Positions 36,103-47,793 are shown, counted from the first letter of the stretch. The stretch is 64,000 bases of DNA from Parvularculaceae bacterium (GCA_013215175.1 JABSRH010000001.1:1138-65137), one strand, 5' to 3'. The notes: generated by a model not told the origin, from the sequence alone. Numbers and translations are program-made.

Positions 36103-37761
36103 ATGAAACGAAGCGACGCCATCACAAAAGGACCAGAACGGGCCCCCGCCCGTGCCTTTTTGCGCGCCACAGGTCTCGGTGATCGAGACATGTCCCGCCC
36201 GATGGTGGCGGTGGTCAGCTGTCATTCGACGGTGACCCCTTGCAACATGCACCTCCGTAGACTGAGCGATGAAGTCGTCAAAGGCGTCCGTGAGTCCGGC
36301 GCGGTGCCGTTCGAATTCGGCGCGCCAATGGTCACCGATGGCATCGCCATGGGCCACGCTGGCATGAGCGCTTCGTTGATCAGCCGCGAAGTCATTGCGG
36401 ACTCAATCGAAATCTGCGTCACGGGCCACGCACTCGATGCTGCCATCATCCTCGTCGGGTGTGATAAGACAATCCCTGCCGCCGCCATGGCCTTGGCTCG
36501 CCTGAACGTTCCGGGTGCTGTGTTCTACGGCGGCACCATCGGCAAAGGCCGCCACAATGGCGAAGACCTTTCGATCCAAAGCGTGTTCGAGGCCGTCGGC
36601 TCCCACGCCGCGGGTAAGATTGACGACGGTGAGTTGAAGGCCGTGGAAACAGCGGCTTGCCCAGGCGCTGGCTCTTGCGGTGGTCAGTTTACTGCCAATA
36701 CCATGGCGATGGCCTTGAGCTTCTTGGGTGTCGCGCCCATGGGTCTCGGCGATGTCCCCGCGACGCACCCTGACAAAGACGCCGTCGCCTTCTTAGCAGG
36801 CAAGATCGCTGGCGAGAACGCTCTGGGTACGCCAGTTCGCTCGATGATCACCGAGGCTAGCATCCGCAACGCCGCGACGGCTGTCGTGGCCTCTGGTGGT
36901 TCCACCAACGCTGTCTTGCATATTGCTGCCATCGCTCGCGAGGCCGGTATCCCTTTTGACATCGAGACCTTCGACCAGCTTTCGCGCGAAGTTCCCGTGA
37001 TTGCCGACCTGAAACCGAGCGGCCGCTACTTAGCAGCCGACTTGTTTGATGCAGGGGGCTGCCGCCTGTTCGGTCAGCGACTGCGCGAAGCTGGACTGTT
37101 GATCGATGGGCCAACCGTCACTGGCAAGACGCTGTTCGAAGAACTCGACGCGGCGAAAGAAACCGAAGGCCAGGCGGTGGTCACCACCACAAAAGATCCC
37201 GTACGGCCGATGGGTGGCATTCGCATTCTCTACGGTGATCTCGCACCAGAAGGTGCCGTCTTGAAGGGCGCGTCGTATACCGACAAAGCCTTCGAAGGTC
37301 CCGCTAAAGTCTTCGATCGCGAAGAAGACTGTTTCGCTGCGGTTCAGCGTGAAGAGATCAAGGCTGGTGATGTTGTCATCATCCGCTACGAGGGCCCAAA
37401 AGGCGGTCCAGGTATGCGCGAGATGCTGGCGGTGACAGCTGCTCTGGCGGGACAGGGATTGGCTGACAAGGTGGCCTTCTTGACCGATGGCCGCTTTTCT
37501 GGCGCCAGCCATGGCTACGTGATTGGCCACATCACGCCAGAGGCCTGCGTCGGCGGCCCCATCGCCTACATCAAAGATGGCGATATCATCCGTATCGACC
37601 CTGAAACTCGTCGTATCGATGCTGATATTCCGTGGAAGGAACGTGAAGCTGAGATGACAGTCCATCCGGCGCCGTCGCTTGGCGGTGTTTTCGATAAATT
37701 CATCAAACTTGTCGGCTCCGCTTCGCGCGGCGCCACCACTCTTCAGGAGACCAACCAATGA
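36103..37761 (+). CDS. ilvD: Dihydroxy-acid dehydratase
   Basis: Motifs [34 protein letters not shown] and TDGRFSG. True start ATG 36103. Confidence 0.95.
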   Translation: MKRSDAITKGPERAPARAFLRATGLGDRDMSRPMVAVVSCHSTVTPCNMHLRRLSDEVVKGVRESGAVPFEFGAPMVTDGIAMGHAGMSASLISREVIADSIEICVTGHALDAAIILVGCDKTIPAAAMALARLNVPGAVFYGGTIGKGRHNGEDLSIQSVFEAVGSHAAGKIDDGELKAVETAACPGAGSCGGQFTANTMAMALSFLGVAPMGLGDVPATHPDKDAVAFLAGKIAGENALGTPVRSMITEASIRNAATAVVASGGSTNAVLHIAAIAREAGIPFDIETFDQLSREVPVIADLKPSGRYLAADLFDAGGCRLFGQRLREAGLLIDGPTVTGKTLFEELDAAKETEGQAVVTTTKDPVRPMGGIRILYGDLAPEGAVLKGASYTDKAFEGPAKVFDREEDCFAAVQREEIKAGDVVIIRYEGPKGGPGMREMLAVTAALAGQGLADKVAFLTDGRFSGASHGYVIGHITPEACVGGPIAYIKDGDIIRIDPETRRIDADIPWKEREAEMTVHPAPSLGGVFDKFIKLVGSASRGATTLQETNQ

Positions 37762-38780
37762 CCGAAGATCTGAGAGTATTCACCAAAGATGACGTGACGC
37801 CAGGCACGCTGTCGAATCAAACCATTGCTGTGGTGGGTTACGGCAGCCAAGGTCGCGCTCACGCACAAAACCTGCGGGACAGCGGTCTGGACGTTATCAT
37901 CGGTGCCCGCGTCGGCGGTGCTAGCCACGTCAAGGCTGAAGAAGACGGGTTCCGTGTACTGTCCGTGGCCAATGCTGCAGCTGAAGCTGATTTCATTGCG
38001 CTCACAGCGCCAGATATGGCGCACAAAGAGATCTTCGAAAACGATCTGAAGCCAAACCTGAAAGAGGGCAGCACGCTGATGTTCGCCCACGGTTTCTCGA
38101 TTATCTACAACCAGGTGAAGGCTCCGGCTGGCGTTGACGTCATCATGGTTGCGCCAAAGGGTCCAGGCGACCTCGTTCGTCGCGAGTACCAACGCGGTCG
38201 CGGTGTGCCTTGCTTGTTCGCTGTCCACCAGGATGCTTCGGGCAAAGCCTCTGACCGCGCGCTGGCCTATGCTGACGGCATTGGCGGCACGGCTGCTGCT
38301 ATCTTCGAAACCACGTTCCGTGATGAGACGGAAACGGACCTCTTCGGTGAGCAAGCTGTTCTCTGCGGCGGCGTGACCGAGCTGTTCATCCAAGGCTACG
38401 AGACCCTGGTCGAAGCGGGTTATCCACGTGAGCTGGCTTACTACGAGTGCTTCCACGAGCTGAAGCTGATCGTCGACCTGTTGCACGAAGGCGGCCTGCA
38501 GAAGATGTACGACTTCATCTCGGAGACGGCGACCTACGGTGACCTCGTTTCTGGCAACCGCGTGGTCGGGCCAGAATCGAAGGCCCGCATGAAGGACGTC
38601 CTGTCGGACATCCAAAACGGCACCTTCGCTCATAACTGGATCCTCGAGAACCAGGCCGGCAAGGCTCGCTACGACGCGATGCTGCGTCAAAAGGGTGAGC
38701 ACGACATTGAAGCCATCGGCGCGCGCATGCGTAGCATGATGACTTGGTTGAAAACCGACGGTAATAACTCCGGAGACTGA
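37758..38780 (+). CDS. ilvC: Ketol-acid reductoisomerase
   Basis: Motifs [16 protein letters not shown] and [16 protein letters not shown]. Confidence 0.97.
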   Translation: MTEDLRVFTKDDVTPGTLSNQTIAVVGYGSQGRAHAQNLRDSGLDVIIGARVGGASHVKAEEDGFRVLSVANAAAEADFIALTAPDMAHKEIFENDLKPNLKEGSTLMFAHGFSIIYNQVKAPAGVDVIMVAPKGPGDLVRREYQRGRGVPCLFAVHQDASGKASDRALAYADGIGGTAAAIFETTFRDETETDLFGEQAVLCGGVTELFIQGYETLVEAGYPRELAYYECFHELKLIVDLLHEGGLQKMYDFISETATYGDLVSGNRVVGPESKARMKDVLSDIQNGTFAHNWILENQAGKARYDAMLRQKGEHDIEAIGARMRSMMTWLKTDGNNSGD

Positions 38781-38782
38781 TC

Positions 38783-40480
38783 ATGACAGCGCAGGCAGCT
38801 GCCAACACCGACATTGAACCTCAAATGCAAACCATGCGGGGTGCGGACATTGTCGTCCACGCTCTCGAGGCTCAAGGTGTCAAGACGGTATTTGGCTATC
38901 CAGGCGGGGCGATCATGCCCGTCTACGATGCCCTAGCGGGGTCGTCGCTTAAGCACGTCCTTTGCCGTCACGAGCAGGGCGCTGCCTTCGCTGCAGCTGG
39001 CTGGTCGCGGATGCGCGGCAAGGCTGGCGTCTGTATCGCAACGTCGGGACCAGGTGCTACCAACTTGGTCACCGGCATTGCCGATGCGTTCATGGACTCC
39101 GTGCCGCTCGTGGCCATCACCGGTCAGGTCGATCAGGCGGTGATGGGTACGGACGCTTTCCAAGAAATCGACACCTTCGGCATCACGATGCCGGTGGTGA
39201 AACACAGCTACATCGTTCGCCATACAGAGGATTTGCCCAAGGTGATCGCTGAGGCGTTCCGCATCGCGGAGGAGGGACGTCCAGGACCAGTTCTGATCGA
39301 CATTCCGAAAGATGTTCAGAACAAAGAAGCCGATGTCGAGCTCTTCGCTCCGCTCGATCACACGCGCGCAGAAGCTGACGAGGAGGCTCTGGCCCATGCT
39401 GCTGATGTCATCATGTCGGCGCAGAAGCCCTTGTTCTACTTGGGTGGCGGCATCGTGCGTGCTGGCGCCGTTGATGAGGTTCGTGCCCTGATCGAGGCCA
39501 CGGGTATTCCGACGGTGGCAACGCTGCAGGCGCAAGGCGTTCTGCCGACGGATCACCCGCAATTCATGGGCATGCTTGGCATGCATGGTTCGCGCTCTGC
39601 CAATCTGGCCGTACAAGAGGCTGACCTTTTGATCGTGATGGGCGCTCGCTTCGATGACCGAGCGACCGGCAAGATCGCTACGTTTGCTCCCAATGCCCGC
39701 ATCGTGCATTTCGATCGTGATGTCTCCGAGATTGGTAAGCTGCGCGACGCTAATGTGGGCGTGTGCGGAGAGTTGGACGATTGCGCCAAGGGTTTGATGA
39801 GCGTCAAGCCCGCCATCCAGCCTTGGTTCGATCAATGCATGGCCTCGAAGGCCGAAACACCTAACCGCTACGACGCACCAGGCGAGGGCGTTTACGCGCC
39901 TCGCTTCTTGAAGGAGCTGTCTGAGAAAGCTGGCGACAAGTTCGTGGGCGTTGCCGACGTCGGTCAGCATCAGATGTGGATCGCCCAACATTGCCGTTTC
40001 TCTCGCCCGCAAGCGCATTTGACCAGCGGCGGCTTGGGCACGATGGGTTTTAGTCTGCCCACGGGCATTGGCGCCAAGATGGCCGAGCCCGATGCGACGG
40101 TCGTCTCGATTTCGGGCGATGGCGGCTTCATGATGAACATCCAAGAGCTCGCCACGATCAACCGCTACAAGGTGCCGCTGAAGGTCGTCGTGATCGACAA
40201 TTCGCGCCTAGGCATGGTTCGTCAGTGGCAAGAGCTCTTCTTCGACGAAAACTATTCAGAGGTTGATCTCTCCGACAACCCCGATTTCGCGCAGGTAGCG
40301 CGGGCCTTTGGCCTGGAGGCCTTCACGATCCGCCGCGCTGATGAAGTATCTGAAGGCATTGACCGCCTGCTGAACACAGAAGGTCCCGTGTTCGCCCACG
40401 TGGTGATCGACCCTGCACAGAATGTCTGGCCGTTGGTTCCGCCCGGAGCCTCCAACGCCGAAATGATGGACGAAGACTGA
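38783..40480 (+). CDS. ilvG: Acetolactate synthase large subunit (isozyme II type)
   Basis: Motifs GYPGGAIMPVYDAL, CRHEQGA, GARFDDRATG, SGDGG and NVWPLVPPGASN. Confidence 0.85.
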   Translation: MTAQAAANTDIEPQMQTMRGADIVVHALEAQGVKTVFGYPGGAIMPVYDALAGSSLKHVLCRHEQGAAFAAAGWSRMRGKAGVCIATSGPGATNLVTGIADAFMDSVPLVAITGQVDQAVMGTDAFQEIDTFGITMPVVKHSYIVRHTEDLPKVIAEAFRIAEEGRPGPVLIDIPKDVQNKEADVELFAPLDHTRAEADEEALAHAADVIMSAQKPLFYLGGGIVRAGAVDEVRALIEATGIPTVATLQAQGVLPTDHPQFMGMLGMHGSRSANLAVQEADLLIVMGARFDDRATGKIATFAPNARIVHFDRDVSEIGKLRDANVGVCGELDDCAKGLMSVKPAIQPWFDQCMASKAETPNRYDAPGEGVYAPRFLKELSEKAGDKFVGVADVGQHQMWIAQHCRFSRPQAHLTSGGLGTMGFSLPTGIGAKMAEPDATVVSISGDGGFMMNIQELATINRYKVPLKVVVIDNSRLGMVRQWQELFFDENYSEVDLSDNPDFAQVARAFGLEAFTIRRADEVSEGIDRLLNTEGPVFAHVVIDPAQNVWPLVPPGASNAEMMDED

Positions 40481-40770
40481 TGACGATCGAGACACTCAGC
40501 ATCGAAACCGATAACGTCAACGGCACCCTGCGCCGTATCTGGACGATCATTGAACAGCGCGGTTGGTACGTACGCAGCCTTTTGGTGGAAGAAGTCGAAA
40601 GCGGTGCCCGGACATGGGTCCAGGTCTCGCCGGAAGACGGCCGTCGCCAGATCCACACCCTGCGCCACCAGTTGGAAAAGCTGGTGAATGTGCGCAGCGT
40701 TGAGCTGCTGGAGCGCAGCCGCGTGCAGCCAAGCGTCTTCGAAGAAATACCCTACGCTGAGGCCATCTAA
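40480..40770 (+). CDS. ilvM: Acetolactate synthase II small subunit (ACT domain)
   Basis: 96 aa single ACT domain with L.RI....RG and L..QLEKLVNV, directly downstream of ilvG. Confidence 0.72.
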   Translation: MTIETLSIETDNVNGTLRRIWTIIEQRGWYVRSLLVEEVESGARTWVQVSPEDGRRQIHTLRHQLEKLVNVRSVELLERSRVQPSVFEEIPYAEAI

Positions 40771-42029
40771 TGGACGTTGCCGTTCGCGATAACACCGAGA
40801 TCACCAATCCGTTCGGGCTCACCGAGGCGGAGATTGAGGCTATCGCGACGCGCCAGCATCCCGCTTGGCAAAACATTGCTGAGACTCCGTGCCTGCCAGC
40901 GCCCAAGCTATCGGCCTTGACCGGTGCTGAGCTGTTCTTGAAGTTCGAGAACCAACAGTACACCAACAGCTTCAAAGAGCGCGGTGCGCTGGCTAAGCTG
41001 GTTTCAACGCCTAAGGAGGATTTGGCTCGCGGCATTGTTGCGGCTTCCGCAGGCAATCACGCTCAAGGCTTAGCTCGCCACGCCGCGTTACTGGGCGTCA
41101 AAGCCACCATCATCATGCCGCGCCGCACGCCGTCGGTGAAGGTTGAAGAAACCCGAGCCTTGGGCGCGGAGATCATCCTCGAAGGCGATGGCTACGATGA
41201 TGCCAGCGCCGTGGCCCACGCCCGCGTCGCTGAAACCGGCGAAGTGATGGTGCATCCGTTTGACGACCCCTACGTCGCTTGTGGCCAGGGCACCGTAGCC
41301 GTCGAAATGCTGAAGGCCGTTCCTGATATCGACACCATGGTTGTGCCCATCGGTGGCGGCGGCCTGATTTCTGGCGTCGCTGTGCTCGGTAAGCGGATCA
41401 ACCCGAAGCTCAAAATCATCGGTGTCCAAGCCGCGCTCTACCCTGGGATGATCAATGCCCTGCGCACGCATCAGCGTGAATGCGGCGGCAGCACCTTGGC
41501 TGAAGGCATTGCCGTCACGAATCCAGGGAAACTCACGCGCCGCATCGTTGAATCCTACGTCGATGAGATTGTGACGGTTGAGGAGAAAGACCTTGAGCGA
41601 GCGGTTTCGCTGCTGTTGAACACTCAAAAGACCCTGGCCGAAGGCGCTGGGGCTGCTGGCCTCGCTGCCGTGTTGGCGCACCGTAGCCTCTTCCGTGGCC
41701 GGAAGGTTGGCAGCATCATCTGCGGCGGCAACATCGATACGCGATTGGTCTCGGGTATCCTCATGCGCGACCTGGCTCGCCAGCGCCGTTTAGCACGCTT
41801 GCGGATCGAGCTGATCGACGTACCCGGTCAGTTGAGCATCGTGTCGGACGCTATCACGGCGGCGGACGGCAACATCATCGACGTCTCATACCACAAGATC
41901 TTCAACGATCTGCCCGCTAAACAGACTTACCTCGACATCAGTGTCGAAGCGATCGATGCAGAACATATGGACCGCATCGTGGAAGAATTGCGACGAGTTG
42001 GACTGAACGTTCAGCTGGCGAATTATTAA
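40770..42029 (+). CDS. ilvA: Threonine ammonia-lyase (medium form with a C-terminal ACT domain)
   Basis: Motifs SFKERGA, SAGNHAQG, PIGGGGL, GGNID and D.PG.L. Confidence 0.9.
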   Translation: MDVAVRDNTEITNPFGLTEAEIEAIATRQHPAWQNIAETPCLPAPKLSALTGAELFLKFENQQYTNSFKERGALAKLVSTPKEDLARGIVAASAGNHAQGLARHAALLGVKATIIMPRRTPSVKVEETRALGAEIILEGDGYDDASAVAHARVAETGEVMVHPFDDPYVACGQGTVAVEMLKAVPDIDTMVVPIGGGGLISGVAVLGKRINPKLKIIGVQAALYPGMINALRTHQRECGGSTLAEGIAVTNPGKLTRRIVESYVDEIVTVEEKDLERAVSLLLNTQKTLAEGAGAAGLAAVLAHRSLFRGRKVGSIICGGNIDTRLVSGILMRDLARQRRLARLRIELIDVPGQLSIVSDAITAADGNIIDVSYHKIFNDLPAKQTYLDISVEAIDAEHMDRIVEELRRVGLNVQLANY

Positions 42030-42044
42030 GAGGAGCGCCTAGCC

Positions 42045-43229
42045 ATGACCAACAAGGATCACGTACGAATTTTCGATACGACCCTTCGTGACGGAGAGCA
42101 GAGCCCAGGGTTTTCGATGACCATGAAGGGCAAACTCCGGATGGCCAAGGCGCTATCAGCGCTGAACGTTGACGTGATCGAGGCTGGCTTCGCCGCGGCA
42201 TCGCCAGGTGATTTTGAAGCGGTCCAAGCGATCGCCGAAGTCGCTGACGGTCCGCGCGTCTGTAGCCTGGCGCGGGTCACGAAGGGCGACATCGATGCGG
42301 CTGCTGCAGCGCTGGAACCGGCAAAGGTAAAGCGCTGTCATGTTTTCATCGGCACCTCGCCGACGCACCGCAAGTACAAGTTGCAGCTGCGCAAGGGCGA
42401 AATCCTAGACCGCATCGAGGATGGTGTGGCGTACGCCGCGTCGCTGTTCGACGATGTCGAGTTCTCCGCTGAAGATGCTCTGCGGACGGAGAAGACATTC
42501 CTGGCCGAGGCCATGCGTGTGGCGGTCGAGGCGGGTGCAAAGACGCTGAACGTTCCTGACACGGTCGGCTACACCACGCCGGAAGAGATCTACGACACGT
42601 TCCGTTACCTGATCGACCATGTGGAGCCGGGTGACGACGTCGTCTTCTCCGCGCATTGCCACAATGATCTGGGCCTGGCGGTTTCTAATTCGCTGGCTGC
42701 TATCCGCGCTGGTGTGCGCCAAATCGAGTGCACCATCAACGGCATCGGTGAGCGTGCTGGCAACGCCGCCATGGAAGAAGTCGTGATGGCGCTTCACACT
42801 CGCCGCAGCTATTTCGGCGTGGAGACGAACGTCGATACCAAGCACTTCTTCGATACGTCGCGTACGCTGGAAGAGGTGACCGGAGAGAAGGTTCAGCGGA
42901 ACAAGGCCATCGTCGGTCGCAACGCCTTCGCCCATGAAGCAGGCATCCACCAGCATGGCATGCTGAAGAGCCGCGAAACTTACGAAATCATGCGCCCAGA
43001 AGATGTCGGTGCACCGAAGTCGGCGCTCGTTCTGGGTAAGCACTCCGGCAAGCACGCACTATTTGCGCGTCTCGAAGAGCTGGGCCACGAAGTTGATCCT
43101 GCTGAGACGGATGCGATCTTCGCAGCGTTTAAGAAGCTGGCCGACGAACGCCACGAAGTAACGGACGAAGAACTCCGTACCCTGGTTTCTGGTGCATCCA
43201 ACCGCGTCGTGTTGGCGGAGACCGTCTGA
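42045..43229 (+). CDS. leuA: 2-isopropylmalate synthase, short form without the regulatory domain
   Basis: Motifs DTTLRDGEQ, HCHNDLG, GERAGN, HEAGIHQHG and GKHSG. Only 394 aa. Confidence 0.92.
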   Translation: MTNKDHVRIFDTTLRDGEQSPGFSMTMKGKLRMAKALSALNVDVIEAGFAAASPGDFEAVQAIAEVADGPRVCSLARVTKGDIDAAAAALEPAKVKRCHVFIGTSPTHRKYKLQLRKGEILDRIEDGVAYAASLFDDVEFSAEDALRTEKTFLAEAMRVAVEAGAKTLNVPDTVGYTTPEEIYDTFRYLIDHVEPGDDVVFSAHCHNDLGLAVSNSLAAIRAGVRQIECTINGIGERAGNAAMEEVVMALHTRRSYFGVETNVDTKHFFDTSRTLEEVTGEKVQRNKAIVGRNAFAHEAGIHQHGMLKSRETYEIMRPEDVGAPKSALVLGKHSGKHALFARLEELGHEVDPAETDAIFAAFKKLADERHEVTDEELRTLVSGASNRVVLAETV

Positions 43230-43232
43230 GCC

Positions 43233-44588
43233 ATGGCGAAAACACTGTTTGAGAAAGTCTGGGAACGGAACCTCGTTACCCAGGAAACGGACGAACGCCC
43301 GGCGATCTTACACATCAGCCTACATCTCGTGCATGAGGTGACGAGCCCACAGGCTTTCACGGTGCTGAGAGAACGTGGTGTGAAGGTTCGGCGCCCCGAT
43401 CTGACCCTAGCCACCATCGATCACTCGGTCCCGACCTTGCCCGCCGGACCAAGCGGCGAACTGCCTTACGTTACCGACGCTGCCCGCAATCAGGTGGAGA
43501 CCCTTCGCAAGAATTGCGCCGAACACGGTGTTCCGCTTCTCGACTTGGGTGATGACCGACGGGGCATCGTCCACGTTGTGGGCCCAGAGTTGGGTCGTAC
43601 GCGTCCTGGCATGACCGTGGTCTGCGGCGACAGCCACACCTCGACCCATGGCGCTTTCGGCGCTTTGGCATTTGGCATCGGCACCACGGAAGTGGGCCAC
43701 GTGCTCGCGACGCAGTCACTGCTTCAACGTCGGCCGAAGACAATGCGTGTGAACTTCGTCGGCACACCCTCCGACACGGTGACAGGCAAAGACCTTGCCT
43801 TAGCGATGATCGCCAAGATCGGTACGCAAGGCGGCACGGGCTACGTCCTCGAATATACCGGTGAGTCGATCCGTGCGCTGTCCATGGAAGGGCGCATGAC
43901 GCTTTGTAATATGTCCATCGAGGCCGGGGCTCGCGCTGGTATGATCGCCCCCGATGAGACCACGTGGTCCTATCTCGACGGCGCTGCGGGTGAGTCGGTC
44001 AGTCGCGACGACAATCTGTTCACCGATGAAGACGCTATCTTTGACGCTGAGATTGAAATCGACGCCAGCGCGGTCAAGCCGATGGTTACGTTCGGTACGG
44101 CGCCCGATGCCGCCATCGCTGCTAGCGCGTCGGTCCCGGCGGGTGTCGAAGGCATCGACTATATGGACCTCGAAGAGGGCCAAGAGCTCACCTCGGTAGC
44201 TGTCACCACTGTCTTCGTAGGCTCCTGCACCAACGGCCGACTCGAAGACTTGCGTGCCGTGGGCAAAGTCCTAGGCGGGCGCAAGGTGGCTGACGGCGTC
44301 AAGATGCTGATCGTTCCGGGATCGGAGCAAGTGAAGCGCGACGCTGAGAGCGAAGGCCTTCACAGCCTCTTCCTCGAAGCAGGCGCAGAATGGCGCGAGC
44401 CCGGTTGCTCCATGTGCATCGCCATGAACGGCGATCGCGGCCAACCAGGTGATCTCGTGGTCTCCACCTCCAACCGCAATTTCAAAGGCCGTCAAGGCGA
44501 GGGTGTGCGCACCGTCTTGGCATCCCCGCTGACCGCTGCCGCCTCCGCCGTCGCAGGGCATATCGCCGATCCGGGAGAGTACTTATGA
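43233..44588 (+). CDS. leuC: 3-isopropylmalate dehydratase large subunit
   Basis: Motifs [23 protein letters not shown] and STSNRNF. Confidence 0.96.
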   Translation: MAKTLFEKVWERNLVTQETDERPAILHISLHLVHEVTSPQAFTVLRERGVKVRRPDLTLATIDHSVPTLPAGPSGELPYVTDAARNQVETLRKNCAEHGVPLLDLGDDRRGIVHVVGPELGRTRPGMTVVCGDSHTSTHGAFGALAFGIGTTEVGHVLATQSLLQRRPKTMRVNFVGTPSDTVTGKDLALAMIAKIGTQGGTGYVLEYTGESIRALSMEGRMTLCNMSIEAGARAGMIAPDETTWSYLDGAAGESVSRDDNLFTDEDAIFDAEIEIDASAVKPMVTFGTAPDAAIAASASVPAGVEGIDYMDLEEGQELTSVAVTTVFVGSCTNGRLEDLRAVGKVLGGRKVADGVKMLIVPGSEQVKRDAESEGLHSLFLEAGAEWREPGCSMCIAMNGDRGQPGDLVVSTSNRNFKGRQGEGVRTVLASPLTAAASAVAGHIADPGEYL

Positions 44589-45160
44589 GCATCGAAGCCT
44601 TCACCTCCCTAACGAGCCGCACGGTGGTTCTTCCCGAAGAAAATATCGACACGGATCAAATTATCCCTGCACGATTTTTGACCACGACAGGACGGGACAG
44701 CTTGGCCGATGCCTGCTTCCACGACTGGCGGTTCGAAGCATCGGGCAAGATGACGGACCACACGCTCAACACCACGGATATCAGCAGCCATAAGATCCTC
44801 GTAGCGGGCAACAATTTCGGTTGCGGGTCCTCGCGTGAGCATGCCCCTTGGGCCTTGATGGCGCTCGGCTTCCGCGCGGTGATCAGTACAGAGATCGCCG
44901 ACATCTTCCGTTCGAACTCGCTCAAGAACGGCCTTTTGCCGGTTATCGTCCCACCCGAAGTGCTGGCCGATTTGCACGAGCAGCCTGGCGTTGAGATCAG
45001 CATTGATCTTGATGCTGAGGAGCTGCGCTTCGGCAACCACGTGGTGAGCTTCTCGACAGAACCTTTCGCCCGTCGCTGCTTGCTCGACGGCCAGGACAGT
45101 CTGGACGTCCTGCTTAGCGCGGTCCCTGACATCGAAGCGTTTGAAGGAGCGCAATCGTGA
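44585..45160 (+). CDS. leuD: 3-isopropylmalate dehydratase small subunit
   Basis: Motifs NIDTDQIIP and [11 protein letters not shown]. Confidence 0.96.
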   Translation: MSIEAFTSLTSRTVVLPEENIDTDQIIPARFLTTTGRDSLADACFHDWRFEASGKMTDHTLNTTDISSHKILVAGNNFGCGSSREHAPWALMALGFRAVISTEIADIFRSNSLKNGLLPVIVPPEVLADLHEQPGVEISIDLDAEELRFGNHVVSFSTEPFARRCLLDGQDSLDVLLSAVPDIEAFEGAQS

Positions 45161-46194
45161 CGATCAATATCACTGTCCTCGAAGGCGACGGCATCGGCCC
45201 TGAGGTCACCAAAGCGGCGATCGCTGTGCTCAACGAGACGGCGAGCAAGCACAATCTCGACCTGTCCTACGACCACCAGCTGCTCGGCGGCATCGCTATC
45301 GACGAGACGGGCAATCCGTTCCCGGACGAAACGCGAACGTCGTGCCAGGCTTCGACCGGCGTGCTGCTCGGTGCAGTTGGCGGCCCGAAGTGGGACGGCG
45401 GCAAGGTACGGCCCGAACAGGGCCTCCTGAAGATCCGTCAAGATCTCGGCCTCTACACCAACCTGCGTCCCGTGAAAGTGTTCGAAGGCCTCGAAGACCT
45501 CTCGCCGGTCAAAGCCGCCAAAGGGATGGACGTCTTGATCGTTCGTGAGCTGACCGGCGGCATCTATTTCGGCGAGCGCGAAGAGGGCACGCAATACGCT
45601 TCCGATCTTTGTGGCTACACGGACAAGGAAGTTCTCCGCGTCCTCCGCGTGGCCTTCGAAGCGGCCAAGGGGCGCTCAGGTCGGGTGACGTCGGTCGACA
45701 AAGCCAACGTGCTGGCCAGCTCGCGCCTCTGGCGGCACCACGCCAACGCACTGGCAGCTGACTATCCCGAGGTCCAGCTCGACCACGAGCTCGTGGACGC
45801 CATGGCTATGCACCTCGTCACCCATCCAAGCCGTTTCGATGTGGTCGTCACCGAGAACCTCTTCGGCGATGTCCTGTCCGACGAGTCCGCTGCCATCTCC
45901 GGCTCCATCGGTCTGGCGGCCTCCGCCTCGCTGGGTGAACCCGGCACGCCGGGTCTTTATGAACCCATCCACGGTTCCGCGCCCGATATCGCGGACAAAG
46001 GCATCGCCAATCCGGCGGGGGCAATCCTATCCTCCGCCATGTTGCTGCGTTTCGGCGCTGGTGAAGAGGCGGCTGCTATGAGCATCGAGACGGCAGTGGA
46101 ACAAGCCGTTGCCGCGGGCATTCGCACGGGCGACCTCGGCGGTGACGCCAACACGCAGGTCTTCACCGACGCTGTGCTCGAACGACTGGCCTAA
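45157..46194 (+). CDS. leuB: 3-isopropylmalate dehydrogenase
   Basis: Motifs GDGIGPE, RELTGGIYFG, DKANVL and EPIHGSAPDI. Confidence 0.96.
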   Translation: MTINITVLEGDGIGPEVTKAAIAVLNETASKHNLDLSYDHQLLGGIAIDETGNPFPDETRTSCQASTGVLLGAVGGPKWDGGKVRPEQGLLKIRQDLGLYTNLRPVKVFEGLEDLSPVKAAKGMDVLIVRELTGGIYFGEREEGTQYASDLCGYTDKEVLRVLRVAFEAAKGRSGRVTSVDKANVLASSRLWRHHANALAADYPEVQLDHELVDAMAMHLVTHPSRFDVVVTENLFGDVLSDESAAISGSIGLAASASLGEPGTPGLYEPIHGSAPDIADKGIANPAGAILSSAMLLRFGAGEEAAAMSIETAVEQAVAAGIRTGDLGGDANTQVFTDAVLERLA

Positions 46195-46284
46195 GCGCCA
46201 CCAAGGGCTGGTCTTGCGGCCAGCCCAGCTATTGCGCAGGCGGCAAGGGGTGCTTAAGCGCATCCCCGAACAAGGATACCAGCC

Positions 46285-47637
46285 ATGCGCCTCTCATCAT
46301 TCTATTTACCCACGCTGAAAGAGAACCCTGTTGAGGCGACGATCGCCTCGCACCGGTTTATGCTGCGCGCTGGGATGATCCGGCAGGAAGCTGCAGGGAT
46401 CTACGCATGGCTACCTCTTGGTCTCCGTGTGCTGAGAAAGATCGAAAAGATTGTCCGCGAAGAACAAGAGCGTGCGGGCGCCGTGGAACTCCTCATGCCG
46501 ACGATCCAACCGGCGGATCTTTGGTCAGAGAGCGGGCGCTTCGACGCTTATGGCCCTGAAATGCTCCGCATCCAGGACCGTGGCGGCCGGGACATGCTCT
46601 ACGGCCCTACCAACGAGGAGATGATCACGGATATCGTCCGTGCCAACGTGAAGAGCTACAAGCAGCTTCCGAAGATGCTCTATCACATTCAGTGGAAGTT
46701 CCGCGACGAGGTCCGGCCTCGCTTCGGCGTCATGCGTGGCCGTGAGTTTCTCATGAAGGACACCTACAGCTTTGATGCGTCCCCGGAGGATGCACGCAAG
46801 AGCTATCTCAAGATGTTTGCTGCCTATCTCCGCACTTTCCGCCGGATGGGTCTTGAGACCATCCCGGTGAAGGCGGACCCCGGCCCTATTGGTGGTGACC
46901 TCACCCACGAGTTTGTTGTGCTGGCGGAGAACGGCGAGAGCGATATCTACTTGCATCGTGGACTGATCGGTAAGGATATCCCTGGCTCCGACTTTGACTT
47001 CCAGGGCAATCTCGAGCCGATTTTCTCCGACTGGACGTCCCTCTACGCAGCAACGGACGAGATGCACGACGAGGCTGCCTGGGGTGAGGTGCCTGACGAG
47101 GACAAGCTGTCACTGCGCGGTATCGAGGTCGGCCACATATTCTATTTCGGTACGAAATATTCCGAGCCTATGCGCGCCCGCGTTCAGACGGCGGAGGGCA
47201 AAGAGGTGCCGATGGAGATGGGCTCCTACGGTATCGGCGTCAGCCGCTTGCTGGGTGCACTGATTGAAGCGCACCACGATGAGGACGGTCCCAAGTGGCC
47301 CGCATCCGTGGCGCCATTTCACATCGGCCTGGTCAACTTGAAAGTAGCGGACGAGGAAACGAGCAAGGTGTGTGCTGAGCTTGAAGCTTCGCTTGAGGCC
47401 GCGGGTATCGAGGTGTTGTACGAAGATACCACGGACCGTGCCGGCGAGAAATTCGCGCGCATGGATCTTTGCGGGTTGCCCTTTCAAATTGTCGTGGGTC
47501 CGCGCGGACTGAAGGAGGGCGAGTTGGAGCTCAAAATCCGCAAGACCGGCGAAAAGACTAGTATTCCTGTGGACAACGCTGCAACGCACATCATAAAACT
47601 CGTCCAAGAAGAGCTTCAACTCTTAGCGATTGCTTAA
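46285..47637 (+). CDS. proS: Proline--tRNA ligase (short form without the editing domain)
   Basis: Motifs [32 protein letters not shown] and MGSYGIG. Confidence 0.97.
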   Translation: MRLSSFYLPTLKENPVEATIASHRFMLRAGMIRQEAAGIYAWLPLGLRVLRKIEKIVREEQERAGAVELLMPTIQPADLWSESGRFDAYGPEMLRIQDRGGRDMLYGPTNEEMITDIVRANVKSYKQLPKMLYHIQWKFRDEVRPRFGVMRGREFLMKDTYSFDASPEDARKSYLKMFAAYLRTFRRMGLETIPVKADPGPIGGDLTHEFVVLAENGESDIYLHRGLIGKDIPGSDFDFQGNLEPIFSDWTSLYAATDEMHDEAAWGEVPDEDKLSLRGIEVGHIFYFGTKYSEPMRARVQTAEGKEVPMEMGSYGIGVSRLLGALIEAHHDEDGPKWPASVAPFHIGLVNLKVADEETSKVCAELEASLEAAGIEVLYEDTTDRAGEKFARMDLCGLPFQIVVGPRGLKEGELELKIRKTGEKTSIPVDNAATHIIKLVQEELQLLAIA

Positions 47638-47700
47638 ACAATACGAAGTCTTTTACTTGATGTTTTGATTAAAAATTAACGCTGTTTCTGGAAAGTTAAC
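47623..47700 (+). promoter_or_regulatory. CtrA-like boxes upstream of the DnaA_C-domain gene
   Basis: TTAG-N7-TTAA (47623-47637), TTGA-N7-TTAAC (47665-47680) and an extra TTAAC at 47696, in an AT-rich region. Confidence 0.5.
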
Positions 47701-47793
47701 GTCACAGGGCAGGTTAGGCTTAAATTGTTATCCCCGGCCTTTCTATGGGGGTTATCCTGGGTCTGACTTTTGTTTGTAGACGGAGACGCGAGC

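Noticed and set aside
37743-40144. Long antisense ORFs (319 aa and 403 aa, and similar ones at 34340, 44656, 51541 and 53011)
   Set aside because: These are shadows of strongly codon-biased genes on the opposite strand, with no protein motifs.
47638-47770. Possible replication origin (AT-rich, next to a DnaA-like domain)
   Set aside because: No cluster of TTATCCACA boxes is present and the region is short. Promoter and CtrA-like sites explain it better.
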